Below are positions 11,339 to 21,563 of a stretch of DNA of 64,000 bases, one piece after another. Position 1 is the stretch's first letter. Each line of letters begins with the position of its first letter. A model generated the notes under the pieces. It saw only the letters and a list, made by a program, of their open reading frames with translations. It was not told the origin of the DNA and searched no databases. The DNA lies in the NCBI GenBank assembly GCA_965208575.1, contig CBDBOV010000002.1, positions 224,001 to 288,000 on the forward strand, read 5' to 3'. The translations under genes and the position numbers were made by a program. Origin of the DNA: Spirochaetia bacterium. GTDB taxonomy: Bacteria; Spirochaetota; Spirochaetia; SZUA-6; Bin103.

Positions 11339-13189
11339 ATGGGTACCGACACCGCCGCCCTGCAATACCGCGCCGAGATGCTGCGCATCCACTCCATCAA
11401 CATGACCTCCGCTTCCGCGTCCGGACATCCCACCACCTGCATGTCCGCCGCGGAAATCATGAGCGTGCTGTTCTTCGACGAGATGCGCTACGACCCGCGC
11501 CATCCCGACTCACTCGCCAACGACGAGTTCGTGCTCTCCAAGGGCCACGCCGCCCCGGTGCTGTACGCCGCCTACGCGGAGGCGGGAACGATCCCGGTGG
11601 CCGAGTTGCAGGAGCTGCGCAACTTCGACAGCCGGCTCGAGGGCCATCCCATACCGGGGCGCGCGCCGGGGGTGCGCGTCGCCACCGGCTCGCTGGGCCA
11701 GGGTCTGGCCGCGGCCATCGGCATGGCGCTGGCGATCAACCATGACGGCGGCGGCCAGCGCGTGTACGCGCTGCTCGGCGACGGCGAGATGGCGGAGGGC
11801 TCGGTGTGGGAGGCGATGAACCTGGCGCCCCACCTCGGCGTGAGCAACCTGTGCGCGATCCTGGACATGAACCGGCTCGGGCAGAGCGACCCGACCCTGT
11901 TCGGCTGGGACGGCGCCGGCTATGCCGCCAAGGCGGCGGCGTTCGGCTGGGACGTGCACGAGTGTGACGGCCACGACGTGGCCGCGCTGCAGGCCGCCCT
12001 GGCCGCCGCGCGCGCCGCGGACCGGCCGAGCTTCATCGTGGCGCGCACCGTCAAGGGCAAGGGGGTGAGCTTCCTGGAGGACCACGAGGCGATGCACGGC
12101 AAGGCGGTGCCGGAGGATCAGCACGAGGCGGCGCTTGCCGAGGTGCGGGCGCGCATCGCGGCGCTCGGCGAGCCGGAGGCGCCGGCCGCCGGAGCCGCGC
12201 CGGCAGCCGCCGCGGACGCCGCCCCCGAACCGCGCGCACTCTCGCTTGCCACCAGCTACGCGCAGGGCGACAAGATCGCCACCCGCAAGGCGTACGGCGC
12301 GGCGCTCGCCAAGCTCGGCGCCGCCGACCCGGACATGTTCGTGCTCGACGCCGACGTCAAGAACTCCACCTTTACCGACGCCTTCTTCGCCGCCTTCCCG
12401 GAGCGCAGCGTGGAGTGCTACATCGCCGAGCAGAACATGATCGGCATCGCCACCGGCCTGCAGGCGCGCGGCAAGCGCGCCTTCGCCGCCACCTTCGCCG
12501 CCTTCCTGTCGCGCGCCTACGACCAGGTGCGCATGGCCGCCCACTCGCACGCCAACCTGAAGCTCGCCGGGTCGCACACCGGGGTCTCCATCGGCGAGGA
12601 CGGCGCCTCGCAGATGGGCCTGGAGGACGTGTCGATGCTGCGCGCGGTACTCGGCAGCGCCGTGCTGTGCCCGGCCGACGGCGTGGCGGCCGAGAAGCTG
12701 ACCTGCCTGGCGGCCAACCACCACGGCGTCTCCTACGTGCGCACGGCGCGCCCGGACGTGGCGGTGATCTACGGCAATGACCAGGAGTTCGCGCTCGGCG
12801 GCAGCAAGGTGCTGCGCAGTTCACTGGCTGACCGGGTGACGCTGGTCGGGGCCGGGGTCACCCTGCACGAGGCGCTGGCCGCGGCCGAGATGCTCGCCGG
12901 CGAAGGCATCGCGGCGCGCGTGATCGACTGCTACTCGATCAAGCCGCTCGACGAGGCCGTTCTGCGGCAGGCCGCCGCCGACACCGAGGCGATCGTGACG
13001 GCCGAAGACCACTACCCGGAGGGCGGCTTGGGCGAGGCGGTCGCCGCGGCGGTGAGCGGCGCCGGCGCCGCGGTGCACGTGTTGGCGGTGCGGCGCGCGC
13101 CGCACTCCGGCAAGGGCGCCGAGCTGCTCGCCGAGCAGGGCCTGGACGCCGCCGGCATCGCCGCCGCCGCCCGCAGCGCCTTGGCGTAG
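11339..13189 (+). CDS. tkt: Transketolase (~616 aa)
   Basis: AAGGAG RBS before ATG 11339; SGHPTTCMS, LSKGHAAP, GSLGQG, GDGEMAEG, IAEQNM, GEDGASQM. Confidence 0.93.
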   Translation: MGTDTAALQYRAEMLRIHSINMTSASASGHPTTCMSAAEIMSVLFFDEMRYDPRHPDSLANDEFVLSKGHAAPVLYAAYAEAGTIPVAELQELRNFDSRLEGHPIPGRAPGVRVATGSLGQGLAAAIGMALAINHDGGGQRVYALLGDGEMAEGSVWEAMNLAPHLGVSNLCAILDMNRLGQSDPTLFGWDGAGYAAKAAAFGWDVHECDGHDVAALQAALAAARAADRPSFIVARTVKGKGVSFLEDHEAMHGKAVPEDQHEAALAEVRARIAALGEPEAPAAGAAPAAAADAAPEPRALSLATSYAQGDKIATRKAYGAALAKLGAADPDMFVLDADVKNSTFTDAFFAAFPERSVECYIAEQNMIGIATGLQARGKRAFAATFAAFLSRAYDQVRMAAHSHANLKLAGSHTGVSIGEDGASQMGLEDVSMLRAVLGSAVLCPADGVAAEKLTCLAANHHGVSYVRTARPDVAVIYGNDQEFALGGSKVLRSSLADRVTLVGAGVTLHEALAAAEMLAGEGIAARVIDCYSIKPLDEAVLRQAAADTEAIVTAEDHYPEGGLGEAVAAAVSGAGAAVHVLAVRRAPHSGKGAELLAEQGLDAAGIAAAARSALA

Positions 13190-13198
13190 CTCTCCAGG

Positions 13199-14620
13199 TC
13201 AGCCGCCGCCAAGGAGCGCGCGGCTGGCGATGTAACGTCTCCGGGGATCGTGCGGCCCGGTTCCCACCTCGCGCACGAGCCCGCGCGACACCAGCCTGGC
13301 GAGACGGGTCCGGGTCGAGCGCGGGGTGAGTCCGACCGCCTCGGCAACCTCGGCGGAGCCGTATTCTCCGCCGTCTTTCAGCAGGAAGAGAATCGACTGG
13401 TCCGTAGCGTCGAGGGCATATCCGGTTGCTGCGCCGAGTTCGCCCGCGGCAACGATTGGGGTGCCGTCGGCGCGCCTGGCCGCGACGGTAGGGATGGTCA
13501 CGCGCAGGCGCAGGCCAACCTCCTCCCACACCGGGGGAGCGAGACCGGCTTCGCGGCACGTCGCGATCATGCGCTGAACACCGCTGCCCCACTGCTCGAC
13601 CAGCCCGAGTTCGTGGAACACCCGGCCGATGGTCCGGTTGCGCAGCTTGGAGATGCCCTGGGGCAGATCGTCGAGCGTCAACCCGAACGGAAGCAGGCCG
13701 GGGTTCTCCACCTCGATCCTGTCGTCGAAGATGGCGAGTCTGATCGGCGCTCCGCGTTGCGAGTAGTCCGCGTGCGCGACCGCGTTGATGATCGCTTCGC
13801 GCACAGCCACGATCGGGACGCTCCAACGATCCTGGTGTCTGACCTGGCCAATCTCGATGCCGTGCAGGGCATGCTTCTGCACGAACGCTACTGCATCTTC
13901 AATCGCCCGTACCAGTGGAGTCTTGATGTCCAGGTGGTCGACGATGGTTGCCTTGTCAACGCCGGCGAAGCGCCCGGCCTGGATCCAGGCGTCGGGAAAG
14001 TGGGCCAGGCGGTCGACCCCGAACAGCAGGATTCCGCCGACCGTCGGCACCATGCTTCCCTGATGAGTAGTGAGAAGACGAAGCGTCTGCAGATTGTTCG
14101 GGGTCAGGGTGCGCGCGGGGGCGAATGACTCGGAAGCAGCCTGGAAGTCGACTGCTTCCGAGTTCAGCGCCGGCAGCGGTCCTTCATCGAACGACTCGCC
14201 GGTTGTATAGCGGCGCATCTCGGCGATCAGCGCCGCGTCGGCCAGCCGGTTGGAGGATCCAACCCGCGTGTAAGTGCCGCGGTGCAGCCCCTCGCGCGAC
14301 AGATAGTGCGGCCGTGCCGGGCTCGGGAACACTTCTACCGCCAAGACGTGGGTGTTGCGGTAGCTCAGCAGTTCCACGTCGGGAAGAAGGCGCGGCTTGA
14401 TCGAGTCGCTGATCAGGTTGACCACGCGCTCCTCCAGGTCGAGAGGGTCGGTGACGCCACGGATGTGGCGGGTGCGACCCTCGACGCCGATGAGAATGAC
14501 GCCGCCGGTGGTATTGGCGAAGGCGACGACAGTGCGGAGAAAACCGCCGGGCGAGGAAAGATCGCGCTTGAACTCCAGGTTCTTCCCCTCGGTCCGGCGA
14601 AGAAGCTCGGTGATTTTCAT
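13199..14620 (-). CDS. Schlafen/AlbA_2 - GHKL (HATPase_c_4) - winged-HTH protein
   Basis: EGKNLEFK...AFANTTGG (AlbA_2); REAIINAVAHADY...ENPG...RN...EQWGSG (HATPase_c_4); C-terminal HTH (AEVAEAVGLTPRSTRTRLARL). Confidence 0.88.
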   Translation of the reverse strand: MKITELLRRTEGKNLEFKRDLSSPGGFLRTVVAFANTTGGVILIGVEGRTRHIRGVTDPLDLEERVVNLISDSIKPRLLPDVELLSYRNTHVLAVEVFPSPARPHYLSREGLHRGTYTRVGSSNRLADAALIAEMRRYTTGESFDEGPLPALNSEAVDFQAASESFAPARTLTPNNLQTLRLLTTHQGSMVPTVGGILLFGVDRLAHFPDAWIQAGRFAGVDKATIVDHLDIKTPLVRAIEDAVAFVQKHALHGIEIGQVRHQDRWSVPIVAVREAIINAVAHADYSQRGAPIRLAIFDDRIEVENPGLLPFGLTLDDLPQGISKLRNRTIGRVFHELGLVEQWGSGVQRMIATCREAGLAPPVWEEVGLRLRVTIPTVAARRADGTPIVAAGELGAATGYALDATDQSILFLLKDGGEYGSAEVAEAVGLTPRSTRTRLARLVSRGLVREVGTGPHDPRRRYIASRALLGGG

Positions 14621-14621
14621 T

Positions 14622-14732
14622 GCTCGGAAGCGTACTCGGAAGTTGTGCCCGACGCTACCCTTCCGAGTTAGATTAGATCGCCGTCTTCACGGACCGACTC
14701 GGAAGCTACTCGGAAGTCGGCGGCTTCCGAGT
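14622..14732. promoter_or_regulatory. Operator-like array of ACTCGGAAG motifs (4 direct, 2 inverted) upstream of the AlbA_2-GHKL-HTH gene
   Basis: Direct copies at ~14622, 14634, 14697, 14708; inverted CTTCCGAGT at 14660 and 14724; function inferred. Confidence 0.65.
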
Positions 14733-14804
14733 CGGGTTCAGGGTGGGGCGCTCGGCGTGCCGGTAGCGCACGGCGCCCGGCAGCGCACGGCGCCGGGCTG
14801 CGCG

Positions 14805-16010
14805 CTAACCGGAGCCGGGCGGGATGGAGGGGATGGCCACATCGGGCTCCACGTCGGCGGCGTAGTCGATGCCGGGCAGGCCGAAGCCGAACAGGCGCAG
14901 GAAGTCGTTTCGGTAGCCGTCGAGGTCGGCCAGCTCCGCGACCCGGTCGGCGCCGCCGCCGTCCGCGAACGATGCGAAGCGCTGCTCCACCTCGCGCTGC
15001 ACGTCCGGGTCCATCTCCCGGTCGTCGATCCGTACCCGTCCCTCGGCGTCGGTGGCAATCTCGCCGCCGGTGTACAGGCGGTCGGCGAACAGGCGGTGGA
15101 TCTGCTCGATCGCGCCCTCGTGCGAGCCGCGCTCCTTCATGACCCGGAACAGCAGCATCAGGTAGAGTGGAATCACCGGGATGGCGGCGCTCGCCTGGGT
15201 GACCAGCGCCTTGTTCACCGATACGAGGGAACGCGCCGGAAGTTCGCGGTCCAACTCGCCGGCGGTCTGCTCCAGGTGCTGCTTGGCGCGCCCGATGGTG
15301 CCGGCGCGGTAGATGGCGTGCGTGTAGGTGGGGCCGGCGTAGGTGTAAGCGATGTTGCGGCAGCCGGGCGCCAGCAGGCCGGCGTCGTGCAGGGCGGCGC
15401 TCCAGCGGCGCCAGTCGTCGCCGCCCATCACCGCCACGGTGGCGGCGATGTCGGCTTCGTCGGCCGGCTCGATCTGCACGCTGGAGACGGCGCCGCTGTT
15501 GGGGTCGATGGTGGTGCCGTCATAGCGGGCGCCGATCGGCTTGAGGACGCTGTTGAAGGCCTCCCCGGTATCGGGGTGGACACGGCGCGGCGCCGCCAGG
15601 CTGTACACCACCAGGTCCACCTGCCCGAGCTGCCTGGCGACCAGGTCCAGCGTCTGCCCGCGGATCTCGTGGGAGAAGGCGTCGCCGTTGATGCTCCAGG
15701 CGCCGCGCCCGGCGGCGCGTGCGGCGCGTTCGAAGGCGGCGCTGTTGTACCAGCCGGCCGACGCGGTGCGGCGCCGGGCCGCCGGACGTTCGAAGAACAC
15801 CCCCACGGTGTCGGCGCCGCTGCCGAACGCGGCCACGATGCGCGAGGCCAGGCCGTAGCCGGTGGAGGCGCCGATCACCAGCACCCGGCGCGGTCCGTCG
15901 ACCGCCGGCCGGCGCTGCACGTAGTCGATCTGTTCCGCCACGTTGGCGGCGCAGCCGTCGGGATGCGCGGTCATGCAGATGAAGCCGCGAATTCTCGGTT
16001 CAATGATCAT
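14805..16010 (-). CDS. fabV: Enoyl-ACP / trans-2-enoyl-CoA reductase (FabV/Ter)
   Basis: MIIEPRIRGFICMTAHP, GASTGYGLASR, SAGWYN, GDAFS, TVAVMGG, GTIGRAK, VTQASAAIP. Confidence 0.95.
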   Translation of the reverse strand: MIIEPRIRGFICMTAHPDGCAANVAEQIDYVQRRPAVDGPRRVLVIGASTGYGLASRIVAAFGSGADTVGVFFERPAARRRTASAGWYNSAAFERAARAAGRGAWSINGDAFSHEIRGQTLDLVARQLGQVDLVVYSLAAPRRVHPDTGEAFNSVLKPIGARYDGTTIDPNSGAVSSVQIEPADEADIAATVAVMGGDDWRRWSAALHDAGLLAPGCRNIAYTYAGPTYTHAIYRAGTIGRAKQHLEQTAGELDRELPARSLVSVNKALVTQASAAIPVIPLYLMLLFRVMKERGSHEGAIEQIHRLFADRLYTGGEIATDAEGRVRIDDREMDPDVQREVEQRFASFADGGGADRVAELADLDGYRNDFLRLFGFGLPGIDYAADVEPDVAIPSIPPGSG

Positions 16011-16059
16011 GTCGGGTGCGTTCCGCGCCGCGCACTGTAGGAGATGGCCGCGTCCGCTG

Positions 16060-17694
16060 TCAAATCGACGGGTCGGGCGGGTCGGGTGGCCGCTCGGCGA
16101 GAAAGGTGCGGCAGTTGGCGCGCGAGGGACCGTCTTCGCCGATGCCGTCGCAGATGGCCAGCACCTCGGAGCGGATGCGCGCCATGCTCGGGGCGCGGAC
16201 GCCGCCGGCATCCCACGCCCGCAGGTAATTCTCCAGGCGGCGCATGTAGCGGGTGGTGCGCAGGAAGAATGCATCCTTCGCCCTGCCCGCCTCCCGGAAC
16301 AGGGCGATGGTCGTATCCTCGATGCGCGCCTCGGCGTCGGGCGTAAGCTGTGCGAGCACGTGCACGTAGGCGGTGCCGCGCTCGAACCGGGTCGCCGGGC
16401 CGTGCGCCTCCCGCCAGGCGCGCTCCGCCCAGGACAGCGCCTCGTCCGCAAGCCCCTGCCACTGCGCCCAGCGGGCGAGCGCCAGCATGATGTAGTCGGG
16501 CCACTGCGAGCGCTCCACTTCCCTGGTCATGTAGTCGTATGCCTCGTCGTACAGGCCGGCCATGGACAACGCGCCGTACGCGACCGAGAACAGGTTCATG
16601 CGTGCAAACGGGTCGTCGGTGGCGCTGTCCGCCTCGCGCACCGCCTCGTGCACCGCCCGCACCAGCCCGGCGGGCGGCGCGTGGCCGGGTTGCCGGGTCG
16701 TGAACAGGCAGAGGGCGCCGTAGAACGTGCCGACCCGGGAGATTGCCGATGTCTCGGGATCGTTGCGCACGGCGGCGAGCGCCGCTTCCCATGCCGCCGC
16801 CAGCGCTTCGCTGCCGGGGTCCGCAGCGTCGGCGGGGCCGGCGACCAGCGCGTAGATCCAGTGCGCGCCGTACACGACGTTGATGAAATTGGCCTCGATC
16901 AGCGCCGGGTCGGCCAGAATCTCGCGCAGGCGCGTGCGCGCCCAATGCCGTTCCTCGCCGGTCAACGCCGAGGTCCGCCCCTGCGCCGAGTCGGCCACGG
17001 CGCGGGCGCCGAGGTACGCCATGAACAGGCGCGACTGCTCGGCCGCCAGGCGGGGCGGGTAGGCGGCTTGCAGGGACCTCAGGGCAGCCGGCAACCGCGG
17101 CGCGGGAACCAGCCGCTCCTGGTCCTGGCTCCATGAGTAGTAGGCGAGCAGGCGCAGGTCGGAGTCGGTGGCTTCGCCGCCCAGCACCGCGGCGTAGGCG
17201 GCGGATGCCGGCTGGCTGGCGGCCAGCGCGGCGTCGAGCGCGCGCACATACGCTGCCGTCTCCATGGTGGTGGAGATGCGGGTGATCTCCTCCCGGTCGG
17301 ACGACAGCACGACCACGGTGGGGTAGCCATAGACGTCGAATTGCTCGCCGAGCCGCTGCGCACCCGGCAGATCGCCGTCCAGGTCTACCGCCACGAACTG
17401 CCTGGTACGGTCGACGAACTCCGGCTGGCGGAACACCGTCGCCTTGAGCCGGCTGCACGGCGGACACCAGTCGGCGCCCCAGTACAGCAGCACCGGCTTG
17501 CGTTCCGCCCGCGCCGCCGCGAACGCCGAGTCGACATCCCCGCCATGCCAGAGTATCCGGTCATGAGCGGCGCCGGCGACCGACTGCGATGCCGAGTGCC
17601 GGGCCGGCAAGACGCCGGCCAACGAGTCGGGCGTCCGCCCGCCACATCCAGTCAGCCCGACACCGATCAGGGCGAGCCACACCGCGGCAGTCAT
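16060..17694 (-). CDS. Thioredoxin-domain lipoprotein with long helical C-terminus
   Basis: Signal peptide with LTGC lipobox; YWGADWCPPC thioredoxin motif; start uncertain. Confidence 0.75.
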   Translation of the reverse strand: MTAAVWLALIGVGLTGCGGRTPDSLAGVLPARHSASQSVAGAAHDRILWHGGDVDSAFAAARAERKPVLLYWGADWCPPCSRLKATVFRQPEFVDRTRQFVAVDLDGDLPGAQRLGEQFDVYGYPTVVVLSSDREEITRISTTMETAAYVRALDAALAASQPASAAYAAVLGGEATDSDLRLLAYYSWSQDQERLVPAPRLPAALRSLQAAYPPRLAAEQSRLFMAYLGARAVADSAQGRTSALTGEERHWARTRLREILADPALIEANFINVVYGAHWIYALVAGPADAADPGSEALAAAWEAALAAVRNDPETSAISRVGTFYGALCLFTTRQPGHAPPAGLVRAVHEAVREADSATDDPFARMNLFSVAYGALSMAGLYDEAYDYMTREVERSQWPDYIMLALARWAQWQGLADEALSWAERAWREAHGPATRFERGTAYVHVLAQLTPDAEARIEDTTIALFREAGRAKDAFFLRTTRYMRRLENYLRAWDAGGVRAPSMARIRSEVLAICDGIGEDGPSRANCRTFLAERPPDPPDPSI

Positions 17695-18027
17695 GGCCAC
17701 TCCGTGCAACCGGACGCCGTGGACACCGGGGTACAGAGATCGTCCATCCGACACGACTCCCGAACTAGCCGCATGCGATCGGATGTTGGCGCTCGATCCG
17801 ACCATGGGCTTCCAGGCTACACTGCGCGGGTGTCGTTGGCAAATCGGTAGGCCGGTACGGGCGGGGAGTCTGTCCCTTATGCGGTTCGCCCCGGAGGTGC
17901 ACACGGGAGTGAAGTCGCCAAGTTCTCGTTGGTTAGATTGATCGTGATGCGTTCCGCGTATCGTGAGCCACTCACTGCACGAGATTGGTGTCGCCCGTGC
18001 AAATCGAGCGTGCAGAAAAGGATGCCG

Positions 18028-20505
18028 CTACTTCGTCGTGGTCGCTCGCGTGCCTGACAAGGGACTCCGCGCATTGGAGGTCGGCCGAAGGCCCCAGCGA
18101 TGCTTACGCGGGTCAGTGTCCACTATCACGGGGATAATTGCCAACGCTTGTGCCCGTTCTTCATCGTCTTTCTGCAGTCGAGTTTTCCTGGAAGCTACAA
18201 GGCTCTCGGATGCCATGTCTAGGCGTACTGCGTAGTCGAGTCTCAGGATTTGTGTCGCGACATGTTGCGCACTTGCTGTCATGATGCCGCAAGAAGTAGT
18301 CTTTGCGGCGTTCACGCACATCGGAACCAGTCCTCCGAAGAAATCCAATATGCGAACTTTCGTACCCGTGCCCAAGTGCTTACCGGATCTGCAGAAAGAC
18401 TCGCACTGCTCCCCGATACGGCTCAGGAGTTCCTCGAGTAACCGCTCGCGTACTGCATCTGCACCGCGCCTGAGCGCGTCTTTGAGTGCTGCTTCGGTGT
18501 CAGGGAGACCTGCCTGTAGTTCCGCCATGAGCGCCCGGGTCTTCGCAGGATGAACGCGTGTTGACTCTTGCTCTTCTCCCCAATTGACGACCTTTTCGAT
18601 GCACAACGTGCATTGTTTGCCATGTTCGAGAGATTGCTCACGAATTGATCCTAGTATATCTCTCGACCACCTGACAGCTAGTGATTCTTCCAACCGTATC
18701 GCAAACTCGTTGGGTATGTCGATTTTCCGTGCAGAACCTGTGACAAACGTGCCTCCTCGGCGCACCGCCGCTCGTAGCGTGGCCCAATGTGCGACGCCTA
18801 GATCGCGGAGGTATCTCACGATCGTAGTCTGAGCTTGCTCGCTAGCCTGCCGAACAACCTGAACAATGAGCTCGGGAATCTCTCGCTGGAGAAAGTGCCG
18901 GAACGACTCTTGGTGGGATCGAAGTAACCTCCTTGGTCCAGACTTGTCGTCCAGAAACCGATCGAGATCTCGGCGCAGCTTCTTGATGGCTCGTTTGGAG
19001 CGGCCGCGATCTGAGCACTCCAAGCGAATCATCTCGACGCTCCGCAAGACACGTTCGACGAATTGGTCGGATGCTTCCACAATACGAGCACGCAGAATAT
19101 CCTCCTGCCTCTGTACCAAACGAGAAAGATCTTCCCTCAAGTCCGGGATACCCGATTGAGCCGCATCTTGAATACGAGCTGGGTCTGTCGCGTCGCTAAA
19201 CTGGAATTTCCGGAACTCCTCAGCCGATACTACATGGACGGACATCCCTTCCGTGAGGTTACTAAGCGTGGAGACGGCATCGGGGTTGTCCACGGACTGG
19301 CGCAATTGAAGCGCTACTTCACTTTGTATCCGGGTTGTCATTTCAGCCTGTAGCGAAGCGAAATGCTCAACCCACTGACGTGCGGTTTCGGGATCGTCGT
19401 CGCGCTCTTCTCGCCAAGCGTCGTTTGCCGACAGATCGATTTTGACGGCGATAACAAAGAGCTGCACGGGATCCACGGATGGATCATCTGCTGCGTGCGC
19501 CAGTCGACTGAAGAATCCGCTAGAGCGCAGCAGGGCCGCGCTCTCCTGGGTGATCCCCGACCGATCCACGACCAGGACTACGGCCTTTGCTCGTTCGCGT
19601 ACCCAAGTCTGCGTCACCCTGCGGTATTGATCATTCGAGATTCCGAGCCCGGGGAGATCGACGACGGTCAAGCCGGTTCGCAGCAACTCAGAGCCAAAGC
19701 CGACTTCCAACGTGTCTACCAACGGGGAGAGGTGGCCCGAGGCGTGAAACTTGAGGGTTTGGCGAACGTCGCTGCTACTACCGGATGCGCGAAATTGAGT
19801 GCCGACCCGGGCGAGTGCGACCGCTCGGCTGAGACGCTCGACACGCGGCGCATCGCGAGCTTCAAGTTCGTACCCAAAACGAGGTTTCATCTTCAGGGCA
19901 ACGCGGATGCAGTCGACAAGGTACGGGACGTCGTTCAGCGCTGCCGGAGATCCACGGACCAATAGACTGGCAGTCCTGATCTGGCTTTCCAAACGGGGGG
20001 ATCCTCCGTGCTTGGCCGCATCTTCGACATCATCTATGGCTTCCCTCTGGAATCGAAGATCGGTGCCGTCAATATCGCTCTGACTGTCGACATCCGGATG
20101 GCCGTTGCTCTGCTGACTCGCCAAGTAGCGCTCGAGAAGTTGCCTGAGCTGATCCAGCTTGTCAGTTGAAAGGTAGGTAGCGCTGAAGTAATGCTCTTGT
20201 GCGTACCGGACACAGGTTGCTTGAGCGGTAAGAGGGCCGATTCCTCCTTGTGGCAGGACCGATCTTCTGTCGGCTATAAGCGTGTTCACGAGAGTGCTCT
20301 TACCCACGCCAGAGTGGCCGAGAAAACAAACAGCGCACTCCTCGCCTACGCGCGCCTTGAGCGTCTCGATACGCTCCATATTGTCATTCAAGCTCGCCAA
20401 CCGCTGCGGCGAGAATCTCTGCATGAACACTTGAACCCGCGTCCGGTACCACTCCGCGACCCGCTCGGCTTGCAGCGGACTATTGACATGCGCATTCGAC
20501 GACAT
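18028..20505 (-). CDS. Dynamin-family GTPase
   Basis: G1 GHSGVGKST, G3 VVDLPG, G4-like VKID, long helical stalk; lower GC than flanks; start ATG 20505 chosen. Confidence 0.8.
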   Translation of the reverse strand: MSSNAHVNSPLQAERVAEWYRTRVQVFMQRFSPQRLASLNDNMERIETLKARVGEECAVCFLGHSGVGKSTLVNTLIADRRSVLPQGGIGPLTAQATCVRYAQEHYFSATYLSTDKLDQLRQLLERYLASQQSNGHPDVDSQSDIDGTDLRFQREAIDDVEDAAKHGGSPRLESQIRTASLLVRGSPAALNDVPYLVDCIRVALKMKPRFGYELEARDAPRVERLSRAVALARVGTQFRASGSSSDVRQTLKFHASGHLSPLVDTLEVGFGSELLRTGLTVVDLPGLGISNDQYRRVTQTWVRERAKAVVLVVDRSGITQESAALLRSSGFFSRLAHAADDPSVDPVQLFVIAVKIDLSANDAWREERDDDPETARQWVEHFASLQAEMTTRIQSEVALQLRQSVDNPDAVSTLSNLTEGMSVHVVSAEEFRKFQFSDATDPARIQDAAQSGIPDLREDLSRLVQRQEDILRARIVEASDQFVERVLRSVEMIRLECSDRGRSKRAIKKLRRDLDRFLDDKSGPRRLLRSHQESFRHFLQREIPELIVQVVRQASEQAQTTIVRYLRDLGVAHWATLRAAVRRGGTFVTGSARKIDIPNEFAIRLEESLAVRWSRDILGSIREQSLEHGKQCTLCIEKVVNWGEEQESTRVHPAKTRALMAELQAGLPDTEAALKDALRRGADAVRERLLEELLSRIGEQCESFCRSGKHLGTGTKVRILDFFGGLVPMCVNAAKTTSCGIMTASAQHVATQILRLDYAVRLDMASESLVASRKTRLQKDDEERAQALAIIPVIVDTDPRKHRWGLRPTSNARSPLSGTRATTTK

Positions 20506-20769
20506 TCCGCCGCCATACTGGACAGGTAGCCCGGTACGCGTCAAGAGGTGGAACAACGCGGAACTGATAGCGGAAACCTGCCTGGTGGAATCGTGTCCGC
20601 AGCCGTATCCGGATCTCTCGCGGTCTGAACGGTGGCGAGCGCAACGAACCCGGCCCGCTGGCGGGCAACCCGCCGGCGAACGCCCATCGCGCATGCGGAT
20701 TCGGGCCGCGGTGTAGAGCGCTCGCGATGACCGGGCGGATGGGTGTGGACCTCAAGTCATGGCGCTGAC

Positions 20770-21549
20770 TCAGCGACCAGGATTGTCATAACTCCCGGTC
20801 GGCCTTGTTTGTTCGAAGGCGCCGCTGTGGCGCAGCAGGCTGGCGGCGTGCGGCTGGGAGGCGAGGTAGTAGTGGGCGGTGAGGAGCAGCCGCTGCGCGG
20901 CGGTGGGCTGCCAGTGGCGCGCCTCGCGCGGCAGTCGTTCGCGCAGGTGGGCGAGCACCACGGCGGCGGCGACGCTGACGTTGAGGCTGCGGCTGAAGCC
21001 GTGCATCGGCACGGTAACGAGTTCGTCCGCCTCGGCGGCGAGGAGTTCGCTCACGCCGCGGTGCTCGTTGCCGAATGCGATGGCGACCGGCGTGCCGAGG
21101 TCGAGGTCGGCGAGTGCGATGCTGCGGCCGCCCGGCATGGTGGCGGCGATGCGGTAGCCGGCGGCGCGCAGGCCGGCCACGCAGGCAGCCGGACTGTCCC
21201 AGGAACGGGTCAGCAGCCACTTCTCGGCGCCCTGCGTTACCCGGTTGGGCGGCCGCTCGCGGCTTGCGGTCGCGGCCGGCACCAGGTGGATGCCGCCGTA
21301 CCCCAGCGCCTCCACGCTGCGCAGGACGGCGGCGATGTTGCCGGCGTCGGCGACCTGCTCCAGGATCGGCGCCACGGCAAAGGTGCGCGCGGCGACCACC
21401 TGCTCGATGCGCCGCCGGCGCGCGGCGGTGAGGGTGGGGCCCACGGTGGCCACCACCTCGGCCGCGGTGACGGTGTGGCCGTCAACCGACAACGGATCGC
21501 TCAGCGGAAACGGCCACGGTGGATGCGCGGGCGGCTTCGGTTCAGCCAT
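20770..21549 (-). CDS. trmH: TrmH/SpoU family RNA 2'-O-methyltransferase (tRNA Gm18-like)
   Basis: GNIAAVLRSVEALG, GAEKW, FGNEHRGVS, PMHGFSRSLNVSVA. Confidence 0.88.
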   Translation of the reverse strand: MAEPKPPAHPPWPFPLSDPLSVDGHTVTAAEVVATVGPTLTAARRRRIEQVVAARTFAVAPILEQVADAGNIAAVLRSVEALGYGGIHLVPAATASRERPPNRVTQGAEKWLLTRSWDSPAACVAGLRAAGYRIAATMPGGRSIALADLDLGTPVAIAFGNEHRGVSELLAAEADELVTVPMHGFSRSLNVSVAAAVVLAHLRERLPREARHWQPTAAQRLLLTAHYYLASQPHAASLLRHSGAFEQTRPTGSYDNPGR

Positions 21550-21563
21550 CGCGACGCTGCACT

